Shown here: positions 26,724 through 36,453 of the stretch, piece by piece | How positions within the stretch are numbered: position 1 is the stretch's first letter | Layout: every line of letters starts with the position of its first letter | DNA from: an uncultured Planctomycetota bacterium | GTDB lineage: Bacteria; Planctomycetota; PLA2; JAEUHO01 | Assembly (NCBI GenBank): GCA_963752285.1 | Contig: CAVVXN010000001.1 | Span: 352,001-416,000, forward strand | DNA length: 64,000 bases | Direction of reading: 5' to 3' | Notes under the pieces: model-generated | Told to the model about the DNA's origin: nothing | The model's input: the letters and a program-made list of their open reading frames with translations, nothing else | The model's database searches: none | Made by a program: the position numbers and the translations under genes

Positions 26724-28397
26724 TCAGGCGAAGCGGCGGTGCGTGCCCTTCGTCTCGGCCGTGCGGCCCTCGGCCTCGCGCTCCGCGGCCAGGCGCTCGC
26801 GGTAGGTGGCGTAGTTGCCTTCCCAGAAGCGGGCCGTGCCGTCCTCGGAGAGGGCGAGGATGTGCGTCGCGATCCGGTCGAGGAAGAACCGGTCGTGGGA
26901 GACGACGACGGCCGAGCCGGGGAATAGGACGAGCGCGTCCTCGAGGACGCGCATCGTCGAGAGGTCGAGGTCGTTCGTCGGCTCGTCCACGAGGAGGAGG
27001 TTTCCCCCTCGGCGGAGCATCTTCGCGAGCTGCACGCGGTTCCTCTGCCCGCCCGACAGCGTGCCGACCTTCTGCTGCTGGTCGGCGCCCCGGAAGCCGA
27101 AGTGGGCGACGTACGCGCGGCTGTTCACCGCGCGCGTGCCGAGCCGGAGCTCGTCTTGGCCGTCCGAGATCTCGGCCCAAACGGACTTCCCGGCGTCGAG
27201 GTCCGCGCGGTCCTGGTCCACGGAGCACGTCTCGACCGTCGGACCGAGCACGACCCGGCCGGCGTCGGGCTCGAGTCGCGACGCGATCAGACGGAGCAGG
27301 GTCGTCTTCCCCGTCCCGTTCGGTCCGATCACGCCCAACACGCCACCGGGCGGGAGCTCGAACGAGAGGTTCTCGAGCACGGCGCGGTCCCCGAACCGCT
27401 TCGAGAGGCCCTCCACGCAGAGCACCTGGTCGCCGAGCTTCTCGCCGGGCGGGATCGTGATCGTGACCCCGTCGTCCTGCGTTCGCTGCTGCTGATCGTC
27501 CCAGAGTCGCTCGAATCCCTTGATTCGGGCCTTGCTCTTCGCCGTCCGCGCGCGCGGGCTCTGCCGGATCCACTCGAGCTCCCGCTCGAGCAGCTTCGCG
27601 CGCGCGGCGGACTGCCGTTCCTCGACCGCCTGGCGCGCCGCCTTCTGCTCGAGGTAGGCGGAGTAGTTGCCCTGGTACGGCGTGCCGCGCCCGCGCTCCA
27701 TCTCGAGCATCCACTGCGCGACGTTGTCGAGGAAGTACCGGTCGTGGGTGATCGCGACGACGGTTCCTTCGTACTCGGCGAGGTGGCGCTCGAGCCACTG
27801 CACGGCGTCCGCGTCGAGGTGGTTCGTGGGCTCGTCCAACAGGAGGACGTTCGGGTGTTCGAGCAGGATCCGGCAGAGCGCGACGCGACGGCGCTCGCCC
27901 CCCGAGAGCCTCGCGACGTCGGCGTCGGGCACAGCGAGCCCGAGGGCGTGGCTGGCCTGGTCGAGCCGGCGGTCGAGGTCCCAGGCGCCGCGCGCCTCGA
28001 TCTCGGTTTGCACCGTCTCGAGCTCCTCGAGCGCCCGCTGCATCTCGTCGGGGCCGAGGTCGGTCGCGAGCCGATCGTTCAGGCGGTCGAACCGGTCGAG
28101 CAGCGCGCGGACCTCGCCCACCGCCGCCTCGAGGTTGTCGCGCACCGTGCCGGGCGCGAGCGCGGGCTCCTGGGCGAGGTACCCGACGCGCACGCCGTCC
28201 GCGACGTACCGCGTGCCCTCGTGGTCGGCGTCGGCGCCGGCCATGATGCGGAGCAGCGTGCTCTTGCCCGAGCCGTTCGCGCCGATCACGCCGATGCGGG
28301 CGCCCTTCAAGAAGGCCAGGGTGATGCCCTCGAGGACGGTCCGGCCGTCGAAGACGCGACCGACGCGCTGGAGCTGGATGACGTAGTCCGAGTTCAT
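26724..28397 (-). CDS. ettA: ABC-F ATPase, energy-dependent translational throttle EttA
   Basis: ATG 28397; two ABC domains (GANGSGKST / GPNGTGKTT, LSGGE / LSGGQ, DEPTN twice); linker ELEWIRQSPRAR. Confidence 0.92.
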   Translation of the reverse strand: MNSDYVIQLQRVGRVFDGRTVLEGITLAFLKGARIGVIGANGSGKSTLLRIMAGADADHEGTRYVADGVRVGYLAQEPALAPGTVRDNLEAAVGEVRALLDRFDRLNDRLATDLGPDEMQRALEELETVQTEIEARGAWDLDRRLDQASHALGLAVPDADVARLSGGERRRVALCRILLEHPNVLLLDEPTNHLDADAVQWLERHLAEYEGTVVAITHDRYFLDNVAQWMLEMERGRGTPYQGNYSAYLEQKAARQAVEERQSAARAKLLERELEWIRQSPRARTAKSKARIKGFERLWDDQQQRTQDDGVTITIPPGEKLGDQVLCVEGLSKRFGDRAVLENLSFELPPGGVLGVIGPNGTGKTTLLRLIASRLEPDAGRVVLGPTVETCSVDQDRADLDAGKSVWAEISDGQDELRLGTRAVNSRAYVAHFGFRGADQQQKVGTLSGGQRNRVQLAKMLRRGGNLLLVDEPTNDLDLSTMRVLEDALVLFPGSAVVVSHDRFFLDRIATHILALSEDGTARFWEGNYATYRERLAAEREAEGRTAETKGTHRRFA

Positions 28398-28479
28398 CCG
28401 CCTGTTGTAATCGGCGGGAGGCGGGCGTGCCGGGGGGATCGGACCGGAGAGTCCGCGGGCGGATAGAATCGGGTGCCCC

Positions 28480-28686
28480 ATGGGCACCCCGAGCAAGCGC
28501 ACGATCCTCTCGCGTCTGGTGGACGTCCTCTGCGGGCTGTCCGCCTACGTCGGAGCCCGGTTCATCTGGGCGAACCAGGACGTGTTCTCGAACCTTCCGT
28601 ACGAGCTGCTCACCTTCGCGGCGATCTACCTGCTCCTCCAGGCGATCGTGCGGGGTCGGCGCCTGGCCCGCGAGGGGCGGAAGTAG
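28480..28686 (+). CDS. Small (68 aa) membrane protein with two hydrophobic segments
   Basis: Protein-like composition, two hydrophobic stretches, TAGAAT box upstream, closely followed by the next gene. Confidence 0.65.
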   Translation: MGTPSKRTILSRLVDVLCGLSAYVGARFIWANQDVFSNLPYELLTFAAIYLLLQAIVRGRRLAREGRK

Positions 28687-28691
28687 GCCGC

Positions 28692-29831
28692 GTGTCCCTC
28701 CTTCGCGCGCTCGCCATCGCCGCCCTCCTCTCGGCGCCCTTCGCCGCGGGGTCCGGGTGCGGCGGCTCCGCGGGCTCGAGCCCCGGCGTGTACGTCGTGT
28801 CCGCGAAGGACCTCGGCGCGCTCGAGACGAATCCCGAGATCCGCGGTCGGGACGGCGGCTACGGGGGCGTGTTCGACGGCCGCTCCGTCTGGATCTACGG
28901 GGACACCGTCCTCCGCGACCCCGCCGCGGACGGGCGCTCCTGGCGGCACAACTCGTGGTCGTACACGTACGACCTCGACAGCTCCGACGGTGTCACGGGG
29001 TTCGAGGAGCCGGTCGACGCCGCGGGCGCCCCGGTGGAGCTCTTCCCCCAGACCGATGACGAGCGCGCCTTCAACGACGTGCACTTCGTCGATCCCTGCA
29101 CGGTCGATCCGTGCGGCGCGCGGCTCGCCGTGTGGCCGGGCCCGATGGTCGTCGATCCCGGCCGGTCTCGCGCGCTCCTCTTCTACCACCTCGTGTACGC
29201 GGAGCCCGGCCCCTTCAACTTCACGTTCCTCGGCTGCTCCATCGCGACCTGGGACGACGCCGGCCAGGCGCCCGTCCGGCCCGTCGTCGCGCCGGGGACC
29301 GCGCACCCGACCCTCCTCTTCGCGAACGGGGAGCCCGACTTCGGGGCCGCGGCGCTTTGCGTGGGCGACACGCTCTACGCCTACGCCTGCCGCTCGGACG
29401 ACTGGGACAAGCCGTGCATCCTCGCTCGCGTACCCCTCGCGGACGCCCTCGACCGGAGCCGGTGGAGGTACTACGTCGGTGGGGGGCGCTGGTCGGACGA
29501 GCTGTCGCTCGCACGCCCCGTGATCGAGGCGTGCGACATCTTCTCCGTGGCCTGGAACCAGGCGCTGGGCTGCTATCTCGCCGTCTACAGCCAGACGCTC
29601 GACACGAAGACGATGATCCGGACCGCGCCCGCCCCCGAGGGCCCGTGGTCGGCGCCGGTCCTGGCCTTCTACACGATCCCGCCCACCGACGACGGCTGGA
29701 CGTACGACGCGCTCGCGCACCCCGAGCTCGAGCGCGACGGAGGCCGCGTGCAGATCGTGTCGTACTCCCGCGTGATCGGGTTCCTCGCCGCGGAGGTCCG
29801 CCTCGTGGAGGTCGTGCTCGCCCGCCGCTGA
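28692..29831 (+). CDS. Exported DUF4185-like beta-propeller protein, possible glycoside hydrolase
   Basis: GTG 28692; signal peptide with Cys; SVWIYGDT, LARVP, WRYY, SVAWN, APAPEGPWS, YDALAHP motifs. Confidence 0.7.
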   Translation: MSLLRALAIAALLSAPFAAGSGCGGSAGSSPGVYVVSAKDLGALETNPEIRGRDGGYGGVFDGRSVWIYGDTVLRDPAADGRSWRHNSWSYTYDLDSSDGVTGFEEPVDAAGAPVELFPQTDDERAFNDVHFVDPCTVDPCGARLAVWPGPMVVDPGRSRALLFYHLVYAEPGPFNFTFLGCSIATWDDAGQAPVRPVVAPGTAHPTLLFANGEPDFGAAALCVGDTLYAYACRSDDWDKPCILARVPLADALDRSRWRYYVGGGRWSDELSLARPVIEACDIFSVAWNQALGCYLAVYSQTLDTKTMIRTAPAPEGPWSAPVLAFYTIPPTDDGWTYDALAHPELERDGGRVQIVSYSRVIGFLAAEVRLVEVVLARR

Positions 29832-29867
29832 ACACCGGCCGACCCGCGGGCCGCGTCCCGCGCCGCG

Positions 29868-32800
29868 TCACGGGCCGTGGTGGGGGCGGATCTTCTCCAG
29901 CGCCGCGGCGGCGCGCTTCCGCACGTTTTCGTCCGGGTCCTTCTTGAGCGCCTTGAGCGCGTGCTCGGCGGACTTCGCGTCCGGCCCGATCAGCTCGAGC
30001 GCATAGGCCGCCGCGGACCGCGCGAACGCGCTGTCGTCCTTCAAGAGCCGGATGAGCGCGTGCACCGCGGGCTTCCCGATGCCCGCGAGCGCGCGCGAGT
30101 ACTCGTACATCTTCTCGTCCTGCTGCGCCGCGAGCCCGTCGCAGAGGTCCGGGACGAGCTTCGCCGCCACGGCGCCCATCCGGCCGATTGCGTCGAGCGC
30201 CGACGAACGGACCCGGTCCGCAGGGTCGCGCGTCATCCGCTGGAGCACATCGAGAGCGCCCTTCCCCACCGCGGCCATCGCGGCGATGCCCGCTTCGCGG
30301 ACGGCGTCGTCGGGGTCGTCCATGGCGGCCGTGAACGTCGCGCTGGCCGGCTCGGCGGCCGGGCCGAGCGACGCGAGGGTCTCGAGCGCCTCACGGCGGC
30401 GCGCCGCCCCCGGCAGGCTCTTGTCGTCCCCGAGGCGGGCGAGGGCCCGGACGGCCTCGGGCTCGTCCGCGGCGAGCCGCGCCAACGCCTCGAGCGACGC
30501 GCGACGGACGTCGGCGTCCGTGCTGTCCGAGATCTGGACGAGCGCGTCGATGCCGTCCGGTCCAGGCGCCCCGATCCTCCCGATCGCCCGGGCCGCGAGG
30601 GCCCGGACCCGCGCGTCCTTCGCTTGGCGACCGACCCGGATCACGTCGGGCGCCGCGTCGCGCGCCTCGGACCCGAGGCCGGCGATCACGCGGAGCGCGC
30701 CCGCCCACGCCGCCTCGCGACCGCTCCGAAGCGCGCCGACCACCGCGTCGAGCGCGGGCCGCCCCCCGGCGACGAGGCCCGCGACGGCACCGTCCACGAC
30801 GCGCGGGTCGGGGGCCTCGAGCGCGGGGACGAGCGCGGGGACCGCCTCGCCCGGCGCGAGGGACATCCCCGTCCAGGCCGCCTCCGCCGCCGCCCGGATC
30901 GTCGCGCTCTCGTCCGCGCGACAGGCCGAGATCGCCGCGAGCCCGCCCGGGGCGTCCTTTCCCAACGCGCCCAGCGCTCCGAGCGCCTCGGCGCGCTCGC
31001 GCGGGGCTCCGTGAAGCGCGCACTCGGAGACGAACGGCGCGTCCTCCATGGCGCCCGTGCCCAGGCGGACGACGATGCGGAGCGCCACCAGGCGCATCCG
31101 CGGCTCCGCGCTCTGGAGCGCGGTCCCCAGGATCTCGAGCACCGACGCCGGATCGCGTTTCGTCGTGGCGAGCCCCCGGGCGGCCTCGACCCGGACGCGC
31201 GGCGCGCGGTCCACGAGCGCCTTCTGGAGCGCGTCGAGGACCTCGTCGGAAGGTCGGGGGCGGTCCGCCAGGGCCGCGGCGGCCGTGGCGCGGACCGTTT
31301 CGTCGCTCTCGTCGAGCCCGCGGAGCAACGCACGCTCCACGTCGGGCGCGTCGGGGGCGACGTGCGAGAGGGCGGCCGCGGCGCCCACCCGCACCGGCGG
31401 CGCGGGATCGGCGAGGAGCGCGCGGAGGCGGTCGGCCGAGGTCGCGGCGTCCGTCCCGACGCTGGAGATCGCCTCGAGGGCGGCGGCGCGGAGCCGGACG
31501 TCCTCCGTGTCGAGCGTCCGGACGAGATCGTCGAGGGCCGGTCGCGCTCCCGCCTGGAGCCCCGCGAGCGCGCGGGCGGCCGCCAGGCGCACCGCGGGGG
31601 ACGCGTCGGCGAGCATTCCCGCCAGCCGCTTCACGTCCCGGGCGTCCGGCTCGAGGGCGGCGACCGCGCGCGCGAGGGCGGCGCGCACCTGCGGGTCCGG
31701 GTCGGACGCGAGACGCGCCCACTCGGCGCGCGCGGGGGCGAGACGGTAGAGCGCGACGGCGTCGAGGATCCGCGCCTTCTCGGCGGCCGGGCGGGAGGTG
31801 TCCTGGAGCGCCGTCACGAGGTCCGAGCGGTCGGCCGGCAGCGTCGGGAAGTGGGACGGCGTCTCGAGGAGGAGCACGCACATGGCCGTCGTGTACACGC
31901 GACCCGCGTCGGCGCTCCACGCGCTGTCCGTGTCCCACGAGCCTTTGTACGCGCACGCGTCGCCGTCGTGGCGCTGCGCGCCCACGACGGCCTGCTCGAG
32001 CGCGCGCCGCCACGCGGGCCAGCCGGGGTCGTCTCGCGCGGAGAGCGCGAGCGCGCCGTAGTGCCAGTAGTAGAGGTCCGTGTAGCCGCCGGGCGTGTCC
32101 CAGCGGGGCGGGAGAACGCGGAGCAGTCCCGCCGCCTTCTCGTTCGTGGCGGCGTCCCGACGCGGGTCGTCGCCCGGGATCTGGTCCCTCAGGAAGAGGC
32201 CGATCGCGGTACAGGTCTCCGTCTCGTCGCAGGGGAAGCGGTCGATCTCCTCCTGCAGGCGCGCGCTGAGGCCGCCGCGCTGGATGTACCCCGTCCGCCC
32301 GACCTCGTCGGTCATCTGGTCGATCCACGTTCGGATGCCGGTGAAGGCCTCCGCGGGGATCGGGAACGGCGGCGCGAGGTCGGCGGCCATCGCCGCGCGG
32401 TTCACGCGGCGGGCGGCGAGGAGCGCGAGGGCGAGGCACCCGGTCTCCGACGTGTCGTTGTCGCCGGGGCGGACGCCGTAGCGCCACGCGAGCCCCGGGT
32501 TCTGCGCCGCGAGCGCGAAGTCGATGGCACGGCCCGCGGCGCGCCGCCACCGCACGTCGCCCGTGGCGCCGTACGCGTCCACGAGCGCCTGCGTCGCGAA
32601 CGCGTGGCCGTAGAGGAAGTGCAGCGTCGTCCGGGGGCCGACGCAGCCGCCGGCGTCCTGGGCATCGACGAGCGCCGCGAGACCCCGGGCGATCACGTCC
32701 TCGTACGGGTCGCCGGCGCGCGGCGCGTACCCCGCGGTCGCGAACGCGAGGAGCGCGAGCCCGGAGACGCCGACGTCGTAGCCGGGGTAGCCGCCGCCCT

Positions 32801-33143
32801 GGAGGTCCTTCCGGCCCTCCTTTCCGTCGCACCAGCCGAGGTCGGCCGCCTTCCAGAGCCCGGAGGGCGACTGGTGCGCGGCGAGCCAGCGGAGCCCCTG
32901 GGCCACGGCGTCGGCGCGCGCCTTCTCCCTCTCTGGCTGGCGGTCGGGCCGGGCGTCCTCGCGGATCCCGAACGGGAAGAGCGAGACGGGCGGTGCCGCG
33001 GCCTCCGCGGGGGACGACGCCGCCGCGGGCGCGGGCGGTGTCGCGGGGTCGTCCGCGTGGACCCAGCCCGCGCCGAGGACCCCGATCGCGAGCGCCCTCG
33101 CGACGAGGACACGCGTCCGGCCGAGGGCCCCCCCGCTTCGCAT
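29868..33143 (-). CDS. Secreted prenyltransferase/squalene-oxidase-repeat domain fused to a long HEAT-repeat solenoid
   Basis: GLRWLAAHQSPSGLW, GLALLAF, YGHAFAT, WRYG..PGDNDTS, DLYYWHYG, GRVYTTA, then many HEAT repeats. Confidence 0.85.
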   Translation of the reverse strand: MRSGGALGRTRVLVARALAIGVLGAGWVHADDPATPPAPAAASSPAEAAAPPVSLFPFGIREDARPDRQPEREKARADAVAQGLRWLAAHQSPSGLWKAADLGWCDGKEGRKDLQGGGYPGYDVGVSGLALLAFATAGYAPRAGDPYEDVIARGLAALVDAQDAGGCVGPRTTLHFLYGHAFATQALVDAYGATGDVRWRRAAGRAIDFALAAQNPGLAWRYGVRPGDNDTSETGCLALALLAARRVNRAAMAADLAPPFPIPAEAFTGIRTWIDQMTDEVGRTGYIQRGGLSARLQEEIDRFPCDETETCTAIGLFLRDQIPGDDPRRDAATNEKAAGLLRVLPPRWDTPGGYTDLYYWHYGALALSARDDPGWPAWRRALEQAVVGAQRHDGDACAYKGSWDTDSAWSADAGRVYTTAMCVLLLETPSHFPTLPADRSDLVTALQDTSRPAAEKARILDAVALYRLAPARAEWARLASDPDPQVRAALARAVAALEPDARDVKRLAGMLADASPAVRLAAARALAGLQAGARPALDDLVRTLDTEDVRLRAAALEAISSVGTDAATSADRLRALLADPAPPVRVGAAAALSHVAPDAPDVERALLRGLDESDETVRATAAAALADRPRPSDEVLDALQKALVDRAPRVRVEAARGLATTKRDPASVLEILGTALQSAEPRMRLVALRIVVRLGTGAMEDAPFVSECALHGAPRERAEALGALGALGKDAPGGLAAISACRADESATIRAAAEAAWTGMSLAPGEAVPALVPALEAPDPRVVDGAVAGLVAGGRPALDAVVGALRSGREAAWAGALRVIAGLGSEARDAAPDVIRVGRQAKDARVRALAARAIGRIGAPGPDGIDALVQISDSTDADVRRASLEALARLAADEPEAVRALARLGDDKSLPGAARRREALETLASLGPAAEPASATFTAAMDDPDDAVREAGIAAMAAVGKGALDVLQRMTRDPADRVRSSALDAIGRMGAVAAKLVPDLCDGLAAQQDEKMYEYSRALAGIGKPAVHALIRLLKDDSAFARSAAAYALELIGPDAKSAEHALKALKKDPDENVRKRAAAALEKIRPHHGP

Positions 33144-33247
33144 CTCGCGGATTCTCTCGTTGGCCCGCGCGCGAGACAAGGCCGGTCCCCCGGTCCCCCG
33201 GTCGCTGGCCGGTATCCTCCTCGTGGGCGTTGGACCCGGGAGGCCCC

Positions 33248-33754
33248 GTGATCACGAAGGAACAGCTGCTCCAGTCCATGCGCCACGAGGTGAAGGTCAT
33301 CAAGCACCTCGCCACGAAGGTGCCCCCCGACCGGCTCGACTTCCGTCCCACGCCCGGGCAGCGCTCCACGCTCGAGCTCCTCCGGTACATGACGACGATG
33401 GCGATCGTGCCCGGGTTGGCCGCGGTGAAGGGCGACTGGGACCACGCCGAGGCGTTGGAGTCCGAGAGCGAGAACGTGACCCTGGAGACGTTCCCCGACG
33501 CGATGGACCGGCAGATGACCGCGCTCGCGGCGCTCCTGGAGAGGGTGGACCCGGACACGTCCACCACCACGCCCGCCACCCTGCCCTGGGGCACGCCCAC
33601 CGCACTCGGTCCCGCCCTCGTGGACATGGTGCTGAAACCGCTCGTCGCCTACCGCATGCAGCTCTTCCTCTACGCGAAGCAGTCCGGCGCCCCTTCGCTC
33701 GGCGCCGCGAACTGCTGGGTCGGCGTGGACCCGCGTCGCTCGCCCGTGTCCTGA
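33248..33754 (+). CDS. DinB/YfiT-superfamily protein
   Basis: GGAGG then GTG 33248; LDFRPTPGQRSTLELLRY and AYRMQLFLYAK patterns. Confidence 0.7.
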   Translation: MITKEQLLQSMRHEVKVIKHLATKVPPDRLDFRPTPGQRSTLELLRYMTTMAIVPGLAAVKGDWDHAEALESESENVTLETFPDAMDRQMTALAALLERVDPDTSTTTPATLPWGTPTALGPALVDMVLKPLVAYRMQLFLYAKQSGAPSLGAANCWVGVDPRRSPVS

Positions 33755-33766
33755 GGGATCGCTTCG

Positions 33767-34192
33767 ATGCCGACGCTCTTCACCCGCATCATCCAAGGCG
33801 AGATTCCCGGGCGCTTCGTCTGGAAGGACCCGCGCGCGGTGGCCTTCCTCTCGATCCACCCGCTGCGGCCGGGCCACACGCTCGTCGTGCCGCGGGACGA
33901 GATCGACCACTGGCTCGACCTGCCGCCCGAGCTCACCGGCCACCTCGTGCGCGTCGCGCAGACGATCGGTCGGGCCGTCGAGCGCGCGTTCTCGCCGAAG
34001 AAGGTCGGGCTGATGATCGCGGGGCTCGAGGTCCCGCACGTGCACCTGCACGTGGTACCGATCGACCGCGTGGTGGACCTCGACTTCGCGAACCAGGACG
34101 TGAACGCGCGCCCCGAGGACCTGGACGCGGCGGCGAACCGGCTCCGCGACACGCTCCGCGAGCTCGGGCACGGGGAGTACGCGCCGGCGTGA
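33767..34192 (+). CDS. HIT family hydrolase
   Basis: FTRIIQGEIP, GHTLVVP, VPHVHLHVVP. Confidence 0.95.
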   Translation: MPTLFTRIIQGEIPGRFVWKDPRAVAFLSIHPLRPGHTLVVPRDEIDHWLDLPPELTGHLVRVAQTIGRAVERAFSPKKVGLMIAGLEVPHVHLHVVPIDRVVDLDFANQDVNARPEDLDAAANRLRDTLRELGHGEYAPA

Positions 34193-34201
34193 GGGGCGCC
34201 C

Positions 34202-35272
34202 TCAGGCTTCCTCGTCGTTCACGATCACGACCTTCAGGACGTCGTCCGAGGCCTTGCCCGCGAGCTCGAACGCGTGCGCGGCCTCGGCCAGCGGGATCTC
34301 GTGCGAGACGAGCCGCGTCACCTCGATCTCGCGGTCGAACACGATCTCCGCCGCCTCCTCCGCTTCGTCCGCCGACGCCGAGTACGAGCCGACGACGTGC
34401 TTCTCGTCGAGACAGAGGCCGCCTACGTCCACCGCGACCTCGTCGCCGCGCTTCGTCTGGGCGAAGAGGAGGATCGTGGCGCCCGGGCGCGTCGCGCGGA
34501 TCGCGTCGCGGACGGGGCCCGCGCCCTCCGCGGCCACGATCGCGCGGTCGGCCCCCCGTCCGTCGGTCAGGGCGCGGCAGGCCGACTGGATCTCGGAGGG
34601 GCGGACCGTGCGCTGGGCGCCGAGCTCCGCGGCCAGCGCGAGGCGCCCCGGCAGCGGGTCCGCCGCGATCACGGAGGCGCCCTCGCGGATCGCGAGCTGC
34701 TGGAGGAGGAGCCCGACGCTCCCGACCCCCGCCACGAGCACGACGTGCTCCTCGTCCAGGTCGAGCTTGCGGATGCCCTTCAGGCACACGTTGACCGGCT
34801 CGACGAAGGTCGCCTCCACGAACGAGACGTCGTCGGGGATCTCCACCAGCCCCTCGCCCTCGACCACCCAGGGCAGGACGCGCACGAACTCGGCGAAGCC
34901 GCCGCCGGACGGCTCGAAGCCCGCCGTCACGCCGGTCTGCTTGTACTGGGGGCACTGCGCGTAGAGCCCGCGCTGGCTGTACCAGGACGTGCGGTCCGCG
35001 ACGTGGTGATAGACGACGACGCGGTCTCCTTCGGACCAGCCGTGAACGCCCGAGCCGACCTCGACGATCGTCCCGGCCGTCTCGTGCCCGAAGACGCGCG
35101 GCGCGTCGAGGGTCCCCTCCGCGACCTTCCGCACGTCCGTCGAGCAGATGCCGCACGCGCCGACCTGGACGAGCACCTCGCCGGGCCCGATCTCGGGGAC
35201 CGGGATCGTCTCGACCCTCAGGTCGCCCGGGCCGCGGTACACGGCGGCGCGCATGGTCTCGGGAACGGACAT
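34202..35272 (-). CDS. Zn-dependent medium-chain (sorbitol/threonine-like) dehydrogenase
   Basis: GICSTD, GHE, FVEP, GVGSVG. Confidence 0.9.
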   Translation of the reverse strand: MSVPETMRAAVYRGPGDLRVETIPVPEIGPGEVLVQVGACGICSTDVRKVAEGTLDAPRVFGHETAGTIVEVGSGVHGWSEGDRVVVYHHVADRTSWYSQRGLYAQCPQYKQTGVTAGFEPSGGGFAEFVRVLPWVVEGEGLVEIPDDVSFVEATFVEPVNVCLKGIRKLDLDEEHVVLVAGVGSVGLLLQQLAIREGASVIAADPLPGRLALAAELGAQRTVRPSEIQSACRALTDGRGADRAIVAAEGAGPVRDAIRATRPGATILLFAQTKRGDEVAVDVGGLCLDEKHVVGSYSASADEAEEAAEIVFDREIEVTRLVSHEIPLAEAAHAFELAGKASDDVLKVVIVNDEEA

Positions 35273-35394
35273 CGGGCGGAGGATCGTACCCGCGGTGCGC
35301 GGTGATGGACACCGGCGGCGAGAGCGTCGGTCCCGGGGCGTTCGGGGTCGGTAGACTCGCGCGCGTTCGGGCGGCCCCGGAGGAGGGCGCGAGG

Positions 35395-36453
35395 ATGAGC
35401 GGCAACGACACCATGCGCGCCGTGGTCGTGCGGGAGCACGGCGGGCTCGACCGTCTCCGCTTCGAGGACCGTCCCGTCCCCGAGCCGGGGCCGGGGGAGA
35501 TCCGGGTCCGGGTCCGGACGGCGGGCCTCAACCACCTGGACCTGTGGGTCCGGCGGGGCGTGCCCGGCCACACGTTCCCGCTGCCCCTCGTGCCGGGGTG
35601 CGACGGCGCGGGCGAGGTGGATCGGCTCGGCGCGGGCGTGGACGGCCCCGCGCCCGGGACGCGCGTCGTGATCGCGCCGGGATACGTCGAGCGTCCCGAC
35701 GAGACGACGGCCCGCGGCCTCCAGAACCTCTCGCCCGGATACGGGATCTTCGGGGAGATGCGCGACGGCACCTGTGCGCCGTACGTCGTCGCCCCGCGGG
35801 AGAACGTCCTGCCCCTTCCGGCCTCGGTCTCGTACGAGGTCGCGGCGGCGTTCCCCCTCGTCTACCTGACGGCCTTCACGATGGTGGTGCGCCGCGCGCG
35901 CCTGGAGGCCGGCGAGTCGATCCTCGTCCACGCGGCGGGGAGCGGCGTCTCGACGGCCGCGGTCCAGATCGCCCGCCTCCTGGGCGCCGGGCTCGTCCTC
36001 ACGACGACCTCCTCGCCCGCGAAGGCGGTGGCCGCCCGCACGTTCGGGGCGGACGACGTGTTCGACTACTCCGACCTCGACTGGTCGCGCGAGGTCCGGC
36101 GCCGGACAGGCGGACGCGGGGTGGACGTGGTGATCGACCACCTGGGCCAGACCACGTTCCAGGGCTCCCTCCGCTCCCTCGTGAAGGGGGGACGCTTCGT
36201 GACGTGCGGCGCGACGTCGGGTCCGGTGGCCGAGATCCCTCTGAACCTCGTGTTCTTCAAGTCGCTCTCCGTTCTCGGGAGCACCATGGGAAGCCTCGCG
36301 GACGTGTACCGATGTCTCGACCTCGTCGCCGCCGGACGCCTTCGTCCGGTCGTCTCGGACGTGTTGCCCCTCTCGGAGGTGGGCGAGGCGCATCGCCGGC
36401 TCGAGGCGCGCGAGGTCTTCGGCAAGCTCGTCCTCCAGGTCGGGGAGCCGTGA
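35395..36453 (+). CDS. MDR-family oxidoreductase (quinone/enoyl reductase-like)
   Basis: ATG 35395; GLNHLDLW, PGCDGAG, HAAGSGVS, CGATSG, GSTMGS. Confidence 0.9.
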   Translation: MSGNDTMRAVVVREHGGLDRLRFEDRPVPEPGPGEIRVRVRTAGLNHLDLWVRRGVPGHTFPLPLVPGCDGAGEVDRLGAGVDGPAPGTRVVIAPGYVERPDETTARGLQNLSPGYGIFGEMRDGTCAPYVVAPRENVLPLPASVSYEVAAAFPLVYLTAFTMVVRRARLEAGESILVHAAGSGVSTAAVQIARLLGAGLVLTTTSSPAKAVAARTFGADDVFDYSDLDWSREVRRRTGGRGVDVVIDHLGQTTFQGSLRSLVKGGRFVTCGATSGPVAEIPLNLVFFKSLSVLGSTMGSLADVYRCLDLVAAGRLRPVVSDVLPLSEVGEAHRRLEAREVFGKLVLQVGEP

